DNA of 64,000 bases from an uncultured Spirochaetota bacterium (GTDB taxonomy: Bacteria > Spirochaetota > Brevinematia > Brevinematales > JAOACQ01), in NCBI GenBank assembly GCA_963835575.1, contig CAWIGG010000004.1, positions 736,001-800,000 on the forward strand, given 5' to 3'. The position numbers and the translations under genes are program-made. This document shows, piece by piece, positions 30,958 to 40,345 of this stretch; the stretch's first letter is position 1; each line of letters begins with the position of its first letter. The notes under the pieces are model-generated. The model searched no databases and was not told where the DNA came from. It saw only the letters and a program-made list of their open reading frames with translations.

Positions 30958-33900
30958 ATGAAAAAAATATTTCTGTTAATCAGTATTTTGTTTATTATCA
31001 GCTTATCACAGTCTATAATCTTTTCTGCTAATCAGATTCCCGGTGTACAGGACAACTATATCGGTTACGGCGCGAAAGAATTGTCGCTGGGATATACCGG
31101 AATTTCTGAACTGGGCAGTATTGACGGCAATTCTTTTAATCCGGCGAGCCAGGCTGATGCCAGAAGGATGGCCAACAGCCTTATGATGGGCGGCTTCGGA
31201 AGCCGGAATTTTTTATTATCGGCCGGTTTTGTCTACCCGACGGATTTCGCTGTATTATCGATTAACGGCCTTTATATGGGGGATTCTTTCAGCAATGCGC
31301 TGGCATCTTTATTGGGAGTTCAAATCAACGCGGCCAAACCGATCACAGAGAATCTTTTTCTGGGTATAAGCCTGAAATATTTTTCGGGAGCTTCTACTTC
31401 ATCTTCGGATTGGCAGTTTGGCGGCGACCTGGGAATTATTTTAAAAGGGGAGCAGGGCGGGCAGGGTTTCGGTTTTTTTGATCCTTCCTACGGGCTTGTG
31501 TTGAAAAATCTTGGAAAGAATATCCAGCTCAATTCTTACGACCCTTTTCCGGCAATGGGCATAGGAGCCGGCGCGTCTTTTTATCCGATTAAATTTGATT
31601 TTTATCAAATGAGGCTCTCAGGCGATCTTGTTGTACCGTTTAATCCGTTTAATTTTGTATTAAATGTCGGCATGGAAAATATCTTGTTTGATTTCATCAA
31701 GATCAGGGCGGGATACGCTTTAAATACGCAGACAATCGGTGTTACGTCGATAGGCCCGCTTCTATGCGGAATAGCGTTTGCCGGTAAAATAGGGTATGAT
31801 GCGACTAATACAAATGCGGTCCAATTTAAAACAGCTTCCGGTAAATTGGATAATTCAACGGATGTGGAGATATCTTATTCTCTTCAGATGCAGAATTTTA
31901 ACGGAGTAAATGAACTGGCTCATTTTGTGAATGTCAGCGTGGCCTGGGGTTATTATGATACCCAGAAACCGGATGCTCAAATTCAGCCGGACGTGACATA
32001 TTTTTCCCCCAATTATGATGGTATTCAGGATGAAGTCCATTTGAACCTGAATATTAAGGACAACAAAATGGTGGACGGCTGGGAAGTCCAAATCCTGGAT
32101 AAAAATAATAAACTAGTTAAAACATTCAAAAGTATGGACAAACCTCAGCTCAGGACATTAACTGTTGAAAAATTGTTAACCCAGATTTTTTCAAGTAAAC
32201 AGCAGGTGGAGATACCAAAAGAGGTTGTCTGGAACGGACAGGATGAAAACGGCGTAAAAATGCCGGACGGAGAATATACATATGTCTTGAGGGCCTGGGA
32301 TGAGAACAATAACATTGCAGAAACGCAGCCCGGAAAAATTATCATTGATACGGTTGTGCCGAAAATAGAGCCTGTTTTGACTAATATCATATTTTCCCCT
32401 AATAATGACGGATCAAAAGATGAGCTTGTCATCAACATAAAAAGCTCTGATATCCAGACAGGCGATATCATTCAGGCCTTTATTCTGGACACAAAGAGCA
32501 ATGTCGTCCGGTCTTATGAATATAAGGATTCTGCGCCAGGGCAGATTATCTGGGACGGCAGGGATAATCAAACCAATCTTGCGCCTGAAGGCGAATACAG
32601 TTTTTATATCATAGCTCTGGATAAAGCGGGAAACAGAACGGAAAGAACTATTTCTGATATTCAATTGGTCACAAATTATCAGAAAGTAACTATCGATTCA
32701 AGTGATGCCGCCTTTTCACCAAATAACGATGGAATAAAAGATACTGTAACTTTTCATCAAAAAGCTTCTGACAGCAAAGGGCTCGAAAAATGGAGCCTTA
32801 AAATTTATGATGCTTCTTCCGATGTAGTCAAAGAATTTAACGGCGAAAAAAATCTTCCGGAAGAAATTGTGTGGGACGGCAGGGATAAAAAGAACGCTGT
32901 CCTGCCGGATGGTATTTATTCTTATGACCTTCAGCTCATTTTTGACAGCGGCAACCATCCCATAACTGAAAGAAAATCGGTAAGGATTGATACTACTCCG
33001 CCGGCGATTGTGATCAAACCGGAATACCTGTCTTTCTCGCCCAATAATGACGGGAAACAGGATACCATTACATTCTATAATACGATTGAAGGCGATGATG
33101 ACGATAATCTGGAAATAAAAATAATTGATTCCTCAGGCAACGCAGTATATTACAATTCATACAAAAAGAAGGATTTTCCGAAGGAATTTGTCTGGAACGG
33201 CCTGGATAAGGACCTGAAGCCGCTTCCCGAGGGAAAATATACCTATCTTGTAGAAGGAACGGACAGCGTTGGAAATAAAAACTCTAAAAAAATAGCTAAC
33301 ATTCTTTTAAAGACAGGGCTTGAGAAAGTGACTGTACAGAGCGATGTTTTCGCGTTTTCACCTAAGAGTAACGATGTAAATAAAGTCGTTTTTACTCCTA
33401 CCGTAACTTCAAAAGACGGAATTACAGAGTTTACATTCACGATCCGTGATGATAAGAATAATACGGTCAGGACATATAAAACAAATCAGTATATAAACCG
33501 TATTGAATGGGAAGGGAAGGATAATTACAGGAATTCAGTCAGGGACGGATTGTATTCGTACCAGCTGAAAGTTAAATATAATTACGGGGATGAACCTGTT
33601 TCTGCCGTAAAATATGTTAAAGTGGATACTAAAGCCCCGGAAATCACTCTGAAGGCCGATGATTCAATCTTTTCTCCCAATGGGGACGGAAATAAGGAAA
33701 CATTTATCATTCACCAGACCAATCTGGGAGAGCCCGGCGATTTATACGAGGCGAAGATCATGGACCCGAGCGGAAAAGCTGTCAAATCTTTCAAATGGCC
33801 TGGGACTATTCCTCCGGAATTGGTCTGGGACGGTCTGGATGATAAAGGAAGCCCTGTGGATGAAGGTATTTATAAATATGAAATTTCCGGAATCGACAGC

Positions 33901-35025
33901 GCTGATAATAGAACGGTAAAAACGATTGACAGGATCAAATTGGTGCGGAGCTTTGAAAGGCTTATTTTTACAAGCGATATCAAAGCATTCTCGCCGAACG
34001 GCGACGGGATTCTGGATGTTGTCAAATTCAATCAAACGCTCTCTTCAAGGGAAGACTTAATAGAATCCGCATTGACTGTTTATGATTCAACCGGCAACGG
34101 GATCAGGCGTTTTACCAATAAGACGAATCTGGAAAATGAAATCGCCTGGGACGGGAAAAATGACAGCGGGATAATACAGCCTGACGGTTATTATCTGGCC
34201 GAAATGAAATGCCGGTTTGCCAGCGGGAATTTGATCGGGTCGGTCATATCCAATATCCTGCTTGACAGGACGCCGCCGGCTTATAAGCTGACAATAAGTC
34301 CCGATCTGTTTACGCCGGACAACGACGGTGAAAACGATGTGCTCTTTATCAATCTGGAATTAAATGACATGGCCGGGATCAAAAACTGGGAAATGAATAT
34401 TTATAAAAAGCTGGATAACGGCGCGTACGGGCGGCTTTTCAAAAAGTTTTCAGGTTCTAAAGACACGAAACAGCTGATCCAGTGGGACGGATACAGCGAT
34501 GATAAACAGGACCTGGTGGAAGCCGTTCAGGATTATATACTGGAATTAAAGGCCGAGGATAATGTCGGTAACAAGCTTACAAACGTAATCAGGGAGATAC
34601 CTGTCGGCGTTCTTGTGGAAAAGACGCCTGAAGGCTTGAGGATCAGGGTGAGCAGTATCCAATTTGATTTTGATAAAGCGGACCTGGCCGGCAGCGGGCC
34701 GAAGAACCTGGATAAAGTCATTTATATCATCAGGAAGATCCTTTCCGACCCGAAGAAATACGGCATCACCGAGAATTACAGGATTGAGATCGGCGGTCAT
34801 ACCGATGATATCGGCACTGATGAATACAACGAAAAACTTTCGCAGAAGAGGGCTTATACGGTTTATAATTACCTTGTTGAAAAAGATGTCGATCCCAAAA
34901 TATTGACTTATGTCGGATATGGAAAGTCAAGGCCGTATAAAATCATTACAGCGGATATGTCAAAAGAAAAGAAAGAGGATTACCGTGCCCGGAATAGAAG
35001 GGTAGAGTTTTTTATCAGGAAGTAA
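30958..35025 (+). CDS. Large envelope protein: predicted N-terminal beta-barrel, eight FlgD-Ig/CHU_C-like repeats, C-terminal OmpA domain
   Basis: Signal peptide; eight F(S/T)P(N/K/D) motifs each followed by W(D/N/E)G; IQFDFDKA, GHTDDIG..YN.KLS..RA, NRRVEF. Confidence 0.88.
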   Translation: MKKIFLLISILFIISLSQSIIFSANQIPGVQDNYIGYGAKELSLGYTGISELGSIDGNSFNPASQADARRMANSLMMGGFGSRNFLLSAGFVYPTDFAVLSINGLYMGDSFSNALASLLGVQINAAKPITENLFLGISLKYFSGASTSSSDWQFGGDLGIILKGEQGGQGFGFFDPSYGLVLKNLGKNIQLNSYDPFPAMGIGAGASFYPIKFDFYQMRLSGDLVVPFNPFNFVLNVGMENILFDFIKIRAGYALNTQTIGVTSIGPLLCGIAFAGKIGYDATNTNAVQFKTASGKLDNSTDVEISYSLQMQNFNGVNELAHFVNVSVAWGYYDTQKPDAQIQPDVTYFSPNYDGIQDEVHLNLNIKDNKMVDGWEVQILDKNNKLVKTFKSMDKPQLRTLTVEKLLTQIFSSKQQVEIPKEVVWNGQDENGVKMPDGEYTYVLRAWDENNNIAETQPGKIIIDTVVPKIEPVLTNIIFSPNNDGSKDELVINIKSSDIQTGDIIQAFILDTKSNVVRSYEYKDSAPGQIIWDGRDNQTNLAPEGEYSFYIIALDKAGNRTERTISDIQLVTNYQKVTIDSSDAAFSPNNDGIKDTVTFHQKASDSKGLEKWSLKIYDASSDVVKEFNGEKNLPEEIVWDGRDKKNAVLPDGIYSYDLQLIFDSGNHPITERKSVRIDTTPPAIVIKPEYLSFSPNNDGKQDTITFYNTIEGDDDDNLEIKIIDSSGNAVYYNSYKKKDFPKEFVWNGLDKDLKPLPEGKYTYLVEGTDSVGNKNSKKIANILLKTGLEKVTVQSDVFAFSPKSNDVNKVVFTPTVTSKDGITEFTFTIRDDKNNTVRTYKTNQYINRIEWEGKDNYRNSVRDGLYSYQLKVKYNYGDEPVSAVKYVKVDTKAPEITLKADDSIFSPNGDGNKETFIIHQTNLGEPGDLYEAKIMDPSGKAVKSFKWPGTIPPELVWDGLDDKGSPVDEGIYKYEISGIDSADNRTVKTIDRIKLVRSFERLIFTSDIKAFSPNGDGILDVVKFNQTLSSREDLIESALTVYDSTGNGIRRFTNKTNLENEIAWDGKNDSGIIQPDGYYLAEMKCRFASGNLIGSVISNILLDRTPPAYKLTISPDLFTPDNDGENDVLFINLELNDMAGIKNWEMNIYKKLDNGAYGRLFKKFSGSKDTKQLIQWDGYSDDKQDLVEAVQDYILELKAEDNVGNKLTNVIREIPVGVLVEKTPEGLRIRVSSIQFDFDKADLAGSGPKNLDKVIYIIRKILSDPKKYGITENYRIEIGGHTDDIGTDEYNEKLSQKRAYTVYNYLVEKDVDPKILTYVGYGKSRPYKIITADMSKEKKEDYRARNRRVEFFIRK

Positions 35026-35036
35026 TGGATCATAAA

Positions 35037-35107
35037 AAACCCCCGCCCCTCACCTTTTTGTCCGGCCGCACCGGTGAAGCTGACAAAAAGGTGAGGGGCG
35101 GGGGTTT
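35037..35107. terminator. 26-bp perfect-stem hairpin between convergent genes, containing the CCCTCACC..GGTGAGGG module
   Basis: AAACCCCCGCCCCTCACCTTTTTGTC (35037-35062) / GACAAAAAGGTGAGGGGCGGGGGTTT (35082-35107). Confidence 0.75.
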
Positions 35108-35116
35108 GTATTTTTA

Positions 35117-35587
35117 TTAGAAATGAATTCTCATACCGAGACGGATATTAACCGCCAAAGATAAAGTTGGAACGAAATAAACGAGCGGTGCGACTTCGGC
35201 GAATATCTCAAACTTTTCAACAGGCCAGATTTGAAGTCCGATAGGAAGCCTGGCTCCGAAGGAAAATGCAGAACCCTGACCGCCTGTTGCAAAACCGACA
35301 AAACCGCCGATCCCAAGGTAATAATCAAGGGCCCCGCCCAGATGTGCATTGATAACCCAGTAATCGCAGCTGACCGAAATCATACCTGGATTCCCGAACA
35401 TCCATTCAGCGCCGAGAACAGGGAATTGGCCGAATTTTAAAGTCAGACCGAGGCCTGAGCCGAACTGGCCGGTACCGCTTCCTACTAAATTACCGTAAAT
35501 ACCGACTCCTGTCATGCTTGAGCCGGCAAAAAGACCGCCGGACGCGATCAAAAACACCAGACAAACCGCTAATCCTATTCTTTTCAT
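35117..35587 (-). CDS. Small outer-membrane beta-barrel protein (DUF3996-like)
   Basis: Signal peptide, amphipathic strands, GARLPIGL, EIFAEVAP, C-terminal F; TTGACA-N16-TAAAAT upstream (35650-35623). Confidence 0.75.
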   Translation of the reverse strand: MKRIGLAVCLVFLIASGGLFAGSSMTGVGIYGNLVGSGTGQFGSGLGLTLKFGQFPVLGAEWMFGNPGMISVSCDYWVINAHLGGALDYYLGIGGFVGFATGGQGSAFSFGARLPIGLQIWPVEKFEIFAEVAPLVYFVPTLSLAVNIRLGMRIHF

Positions 35588-35715
35588 TATTTCCCTCCAT
35601 TAATTTCGTCAATAAGGTTAATATTTTATAAGAAACAGTGTAAATGTCAAATAAATATAATAATTTAATATAAATAATTCCGGTTATTATTATTCACTCA
35701 CATTGATATATATTA

Positions 35716-36045
35716 TTAGTCTACAATGAATACTTTCGCGCCGTTTTCTGTACGGGCTTTATGAGCGTCGATATCATCCGCGACCTGGAAGCTCATTCCT
35801 TTTTTTAGTTCATATATTCTGCCGTCTTCAATTTCCATTGTAAAATCCCCTTCCAGTAAAAAAGCGACATGCCCTCTTTTGCACCAGTGGTCCGCTTTAT
35901 AGCCGGCGGAGTATTCAATATACCTCGCCCGGATATTGCCCTGTTCAAATGTTCTGGAAACAGCGCTGCCGCTTTCGCCTAGAATGGTCTGAGGGCTGAT
36001 TTTGCTCCAGTCTGTTATGGAAAAAGGAACATTTTCGATTTTCAT
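35716..36045 (-). CDS. DHCW-motif cupin-fold protein
   Basis: EYSAGYKADHWCKRGH, GMSFQV.D, GAKVFIVD. Confidence 0.9.
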   Translation of the reverse strand: MKIENVPFSITDWSKISPQTILGESGSAVSRTFEQGNIRARYIEYSAGYKADHWCKRGHVAFLLEGDFTMEIEDGRIYELKKGMSFQVADDIDAHKARTENGAKVFIVD

Positions 36046-36197
36046 TAATTGCTGCCTCCTTAAACCTTTTGTTTATATTTATCAGTTAGAGTTAGCTTTC
36101 AAGTGCTTATTTCTTGCAAGTCAAAAACCCTTAACACCGGCAGGAACAACCGGATTGATTAATTTTTAAATTTTAGAGACTGTCTTTGTTTTATTAA

Positions 36198-36740
36198 TCA
36201 GATATATTTTTTCCGGAGATCATCGACAAGTTTTATATATTTTTCATGGATCATTCGCCTGTCAAATTCCAGGAAATTATTAAGCATTGTATTAAGTTCT
36301 GTTTCATTAAAATATTTTTCTGTATTGGGAAAGAATATTTTATCTTCTTTCTGAATATGCCGGGGATAGAAGTCGATCAACCATTTCATATTTCTCAGAA
36401 TTTCATTAAAAACATCGTTTTTACCGTTAATATATTTTTCATTTGTCTCAATGATTTCTTTGACAGTATTTCGAGCTTCTTGATGTTCCCTGATTAAATC
36501 ATCCATCATTGCTTGATCATTCGCGGACAGGTCTTTTTTTTCAAGTTCTTTAAAAAGAATGTCCTCTTCTTTGCCATGATGTGTCCGATCGGCGTAAGTT
36601 TTTATGAAATCGACAGCGGTATTGATAAATACCGGGTCAATAATTCTGTTATTTTGCACTCTTTCTATTTCTTTTATAATTATCACAAGCATTTTTTCTA
36701 TCAGCCGGTGCTCGATCATAAGCTGGCCTCTTGGTTTCAT
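36198..36740 (-). CDS. Hemerythrin-domain protein
   Basis: LMIEHRLIE, DRTHHGKEEDILF, EH, HIQKEDKIFF; ATG 36740 after GGAGG. Confidence 0.9.
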   Translation of the reverse strand: MKPRGQLMIEHRLIEKMLVIIIKEIERVQNNRIIDPVFINTAVDFIKTYADRTHHGKEEDILFKELEKKDLSANDQAMMDDLIREHQEARNTVKEIIETNEKYINGKNDVFNEILRNMKWLIDFYPRHIQKEDKIFFPNTEKYFNETELNTMLNNFLEFDRRMIHEKYIKLVDDLRKKYI

Positions 36741-36756
36741 AAATACCTCCTGAGGT

Positions 36757-37317
36757 TTATTGGGTTTTTCCAGATAGAGAAAGCGTCTTATTAACCAGTT
36801 GTCTGAGCTGATCCTCAATTGTTTTATTATTAAGGAAGCCGTCTTTATCAAAGGCGCTTTCGGCCATGGTCACAAAAACCTGCGGCTGGGGAAGCGTAGT
36901 CAGGTTGACGGCGGTCAGAATCTGCCGGAGCTGAAACTGCCCCCTGATGGTGCCCATAGGTCCGGTGGAAGCGCCGAACAGCGCCGCTGTTTTGCCGTCG
37001 AACGGATTGAGTACTTTTCTTGAGACCCAGTCGATCGCGTTTTTCAAAGCGCCTGAGATCGAATAGTTGTATTCCGGGGAAGCAAAAAGAAAAACGTCGC
37101 TTTTCTGAACTTCCATAATTAATTTTTCCGCCCCTTCGGGAAAACCCAGTAAATGAATATCATAATTATAAAAGGGAAGATTTAATTCATTTAAATCGGC
37201 AATAGCCGTATCAGCGCCGGCTTCTCCGGCAAATCTTAATGCCAATTTTAAAAGCTTCATATTATAGGATTCTTTTCTCAGACTGCCGCAGATTCCCAGG
37301 ACCCTTAATTTTTTCAT
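36757..37317 (-). CDS. NADPH-dependent FMN reductase
   Basis: GSLRKESYN, SPEYNYSISGALKNAIDWVSR. Confidence 0.93.
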   Translation of the reverse strand: MKKLRVLGICGSLRKESYNMKLLKLALRFAGEAGADTAIADLNELNLPFYNYDIHLLGFPEGAEKLIMEVQKSDVFLFASPEYNYSISGALKNAIDWVSRKVLNPFDGKTAALFGASTGPMGTIRGQFQLRQILTAVNLTTLPQPQVFVTMAESAFDKDGFLNNKTIEDQLRQLVNKTLSLSGKTQ

Positions 37318-37736
37318 TCCAATCTCCTTCCCATTGATTTGACCTGGTCGAATTTAAAACCGTTTTTTATATAAAAATCGGTTACGCCTAAATTTGTGTC
37401 CCGGACCTGCAGGTTGACCTTCGGGCAGCCCAAACCTTTTAATTTATCGACGGCATAATTTAAAAGAAGCGAACCAGCGCCGCGCTTCTGAAATTCCGGG
37501 AGAATTCCCAGGTAGTTGATCCAGCCCCTGTGCCCGTCATATCCCGCCATAACGGTCCCGACAATTTTATCATTTAATTCACAGATGAAAAAAAGCTCCG
37601 GCTGGAATTCCATCTTTTTCTGTATGTCTTTTACCGGATCATTCTGCGGAGAAAGGAGACGGCATTTATCCCAGACTTCAATAACAGCTTCACGATCATC
37701 CGGCTTGTAATTTCTTATTTTAAAATCCTCATCCAT
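37314..37736 (-). CDS. GNAT acetyltransferase (YpeA-like)
   Basis: GTVMAGYDGHRGWINYL, GCPKVNLQVR. Confidence 0.9.
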   Translation of the reverse strand: MDEDFKIRNYKPDDREAVIEVWDKCRLLSPQNDPVKDIQKKMEFQPELFFICELNDKIVGTVMAGYDGHRGWINYLGILPEFQKRGAGSLLLNYAVDKLKGLGCPKVNLQVRDTNLGVTDFYIKNGFKFDQVKSMGRRLE

Positions 37737-37737
37737 A

Positions 37738-38226
37738 TTAATCAACCTCTTTTTTCATAAAACAGACAGTAAAAGGAAGATGCTGAAATTTCTTAATGCC
37801 GGTTTCAGTAAAGCCGTATTTGATGTACCAGTCTTTCAATCTTTTATTCTCATTCACAATCCCGATGGATACGATCCGGCCTTTATTATCTTTTATGATA
37901 TTAAAGGCATGGTCCATCAGCTCTCTGCCGTATCCTTTATGCCTGTATTCGGGCAATACGGACAGCCGTTCAATATAAAACATTTGATTATCGTCTTTAG
38001 ATTTTTCAACGGCAATACAGCCGATTAAAATATTTCCGTTAAATAATCCATAAAAGGATGTTCCTTTTAATATTGATTCTTTTACATTTTCAAAATCAAT
38101 ATAAGCAGGATTGGTCGGCGCGTTTTCCGGTGTGAAATGAAATTCATCCGCGACTGTTTTAAAAGAACTATTAATGACGCCGGTACAAATTTTAAGTTCT
38201 TGATCAGTATCTAATTTCTTAATCAT
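37738..38226 (-). CDS. GNAT acetyltransferase
   Basis: ERLSVLPEYRHKGYG, WY.KYGF. Confidence 0.9.
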   Translation of the reverse strand: MIKKLDTDQELKICTGVINSSFKTVADEFHFTPENAPTNPAYIDFENVKESILKGTSFYGLFNGNILIGCIAVEKSKDDNQMFYIERLSVLPEYRHKGYGRELMDHAFNIIKDNKGRIVSIGIVNENKRLKDWYIKYGFTETGIKKFQHLPFTVCFMKKEVD

Positions 38227-38303
38227 ATATATTAATCCGATAAATTCTAATACATGATCCTGCTAATTACAAATTATTATTTTGTATTCTGAAATGGATT
38301 TCA

Positions 38304-39032
38304 TTAGATTGATTTTTTTAGGACGTAAATTGTCCATGGCGCGATTCCGGTTTCGTTGACCCATTGATACAGTTCTTCTTCTTCTTTTCCCAGAGGTTTA
38401 TATGTTTTAACTGAATCCAATCCTGCTTTTTTGTAGACATCCAGATAATCTTTTTCGGGCCAGAAGATGTCCTCGACAGGCCTTTTATCCTCTACGTCTT
38501 TCATAATGATTCTAACTTTATCCCCGCATTTCGCCTTTTTATTCTCCGGAAAGTCATTCGTTGTAAAAGATGCCCATTCGTATAGATATATTTCAGGGGA
38601 TGATACCAGATTGATTATCCTTCCGCCGCTGTTCAATAAATTACCTAATTTATTGAACAATTCTATTTTTTCCTCCCACCCGGGAATATTGTCAAAGGTA
38701 AATGCTGAAAGTACTAGGTCATAAGCATTTTGCTCTAATCTGCTGAAATTGTTATTTTTAATTAGATGATATTCCCCGGCCGGATCAAGTTCCACCGCTT
38801 TTTTTATCATTTCTTCCGATATATCGATACCGGCAGTTTTAAATGAATGTTTTTCTAAAAACCTTGTGGATCGTCCTGTCCCGCACCCGAAGTCTACTGC
38901 GTTCCGGCCAAGGATGTGTGAGGATATGATCTGCGGCAGATCCCTGTATGCCAGATAATAAGTACCGGGAAATCCCAGTCTGGAGTAGGAATCGGCCCGT
39001 CTGATATCCTCCCATACATTATTAAATTCCAT
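38304..39032 (-). CDS. Class I SAM-dependent methyltransferase
   Basis: AVDFGCGTGRSTR, GIDIS; ATG 39032 after AGGAG. Confidence 0.88.
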   Translation of the reverse strand: MEFNNVWEDIRRADSYSRLGFPGTYYLAYRDLPQIISSHILGRNAVDFGCGTGRSTRFLEKHSFKTAGIDISEEMIKKAVELDPAGEYHLIKNNNFSRLEQNAYDLVLSAFTFDNIPGWEEKIELFNKLGNLLNSGGRIINLVSSPEIYLYEWASFTTNDFPENKKAKCGDKVRIIMKDVEDKRPVEDIFWPEKDYLDVYKKAGLDSVKTYKPLGKEEEELYQWVNETGIAPWTIYVLKKSI

Positions 39033-39066
39033 GTTATAATTCTCCTTTTTATGCTGTTGAATTATA

Positions 39067-39525
39067 TCAATCCAGTGTTTTGACGAAATTTGCAAAAGCG
39101 GTTCTCTCCGTAAATCCCTGTTTTTTATAAAAATCCCTTTTATATCCTTCCGATTCTTTCGGGTTATTGAGCATCATCCGGACGCAGTTCTTTTCTTTAG
39201 CAAACAGTTCTGCCTGTAAAAGCAGACATTTTCCTATGCCTTTTCCCCTCATGTTTTCTCCGATCAATAAATCGGAAACATATGTTTCCTTTCCTGCTAT
39301 CATTGGATAATGGATCAGATGAAAAATGATATATCCTGCAGCAGTGTCTTCAGAATTCAGATAGACAAGGATTCTTGTATTCTTTTGATGCAAAGCGTTG
39401 TGAAAAGCCAGGCTTATTTCCTTCTTTTTGGATTCATTAAAATCTGGATCGAGACTGCGTTTATAGCTGAATACAATATTGACAAGCGCGGGGATATTTT
39501 TCCTAACCAGTTTTCTGATTTTCAT
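39067..39525 (-). CDS. GNAT acetyltransferase
   Basis: RGKGIGK, FYKKQGF. Confidence 0.88.
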   Translation of the reverse strand: MKIRKLVRKNIPALVNIVFSYKRSLDPDFNESKKKEISLAFHNALHQKNTRILVYLNSEDTAAGYIIFHLIHYPMIAGKETYVSDLLIGENMRGKGIGKCLLLQAELFAKEKNCVRMMLNNPKESEGYKRDFYKKQGFTERTAFANFVKTLD

Positions 39526-39570
39526 TTATTTTTCCTCATTTTTAAAATATTATTATCAACATAATTTTAT

Positions 39571-40335
39571 TTACCATTTTTTCATCTTTTTCAGCATTTC
39601 CTCTAAACATTGAGGCAATATAAAATTCAGATAGGAGACACCCGCTTCGCTCGGGCCGCCCGGATGGGCAACCCTGCGGACCAGTTCCGCCGCATCGATC
39701 CGGTCCTGATCCTGAAGCATGATGGTGCCCAGGAATGTCTCCCGGACAATACGCCTGCAGATTTCCCGGTCGTAATTCCGGTGTTTTGAAAGCGTGTCGG
39801 CTATGAGTTCCATGATAGTTGCGTAGAGTGCCGGGCCGCAGCTGGATATGGCGGAGTAATAAGGCATGTCTTCAGGTCTTGTCTCATAAACATTTCCCGC
39901 CATGCTTAATAATTCAATGACGGCGGACCGGTCGGAAGCTTCCATCATCCGGGAAAAATTGATCAGAGTCACGCCTTTTCCGGCAGGCATATTGACATTG
40001 GGAAGCGTCTCTGCCCAGCGGTCAGTATAAGAATCCAGCGGTATTCCTGAAGTGCAGGTGACAATAATGGGCTTGAGCTTTTGTATTACAGCCTCGTTAT
40101 TTTTCAGGACCTCTGCAGCATCAGGCCCTTTTGTCCATAGAAAAATAATGCCGCAATGTTCAAAAATATCTTTTTCAGAATCGCAGAGCTTGATGCTCTT
40201 GACTTTTAAAGCCAGTTCTCTGGCTTTATCCTGATTCCGGCTATAACCGAATAGAACAATATCTTTTTTTGCCCGGTCAAGGCCGCGGGCCAGGGCCGAA
40301 CCGAGACGCCCCAATCCGATAATTCCTATTATCAT
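39571..40335 (-). CDS. Pyrroline-5-carboxylate reductase family protein
   Basis: IGIIGLGRLG, PN, SSCGPA, V.HPGG dimerisation-domain motif. Confidence 0.8.
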   Translation of the reverse strand: MIIGIIGLGRLGSALARGLDRAKKDIVLFGYSRNQDKARELALKVKSIKLCDSEKDIFEHCGIIFLWTKGPDAAEVLKNNEAVIQKLKPIIVTCTSGIPLDSYTDRWAETLPNVNMPAGKGVTLINFSRMMEASDRSAVIELLSMAGNVYETRPEDMPYYSAISSCGPALYATIMELIADTLSKHRNYDREICRRIVRETFLGTIMLQDQDRIDAAELVRRVAHPGGPSEAGVSYLNFILPQCLEEMLKKMKKW

Positions 40336-40345
40336 AAATTTCTCC

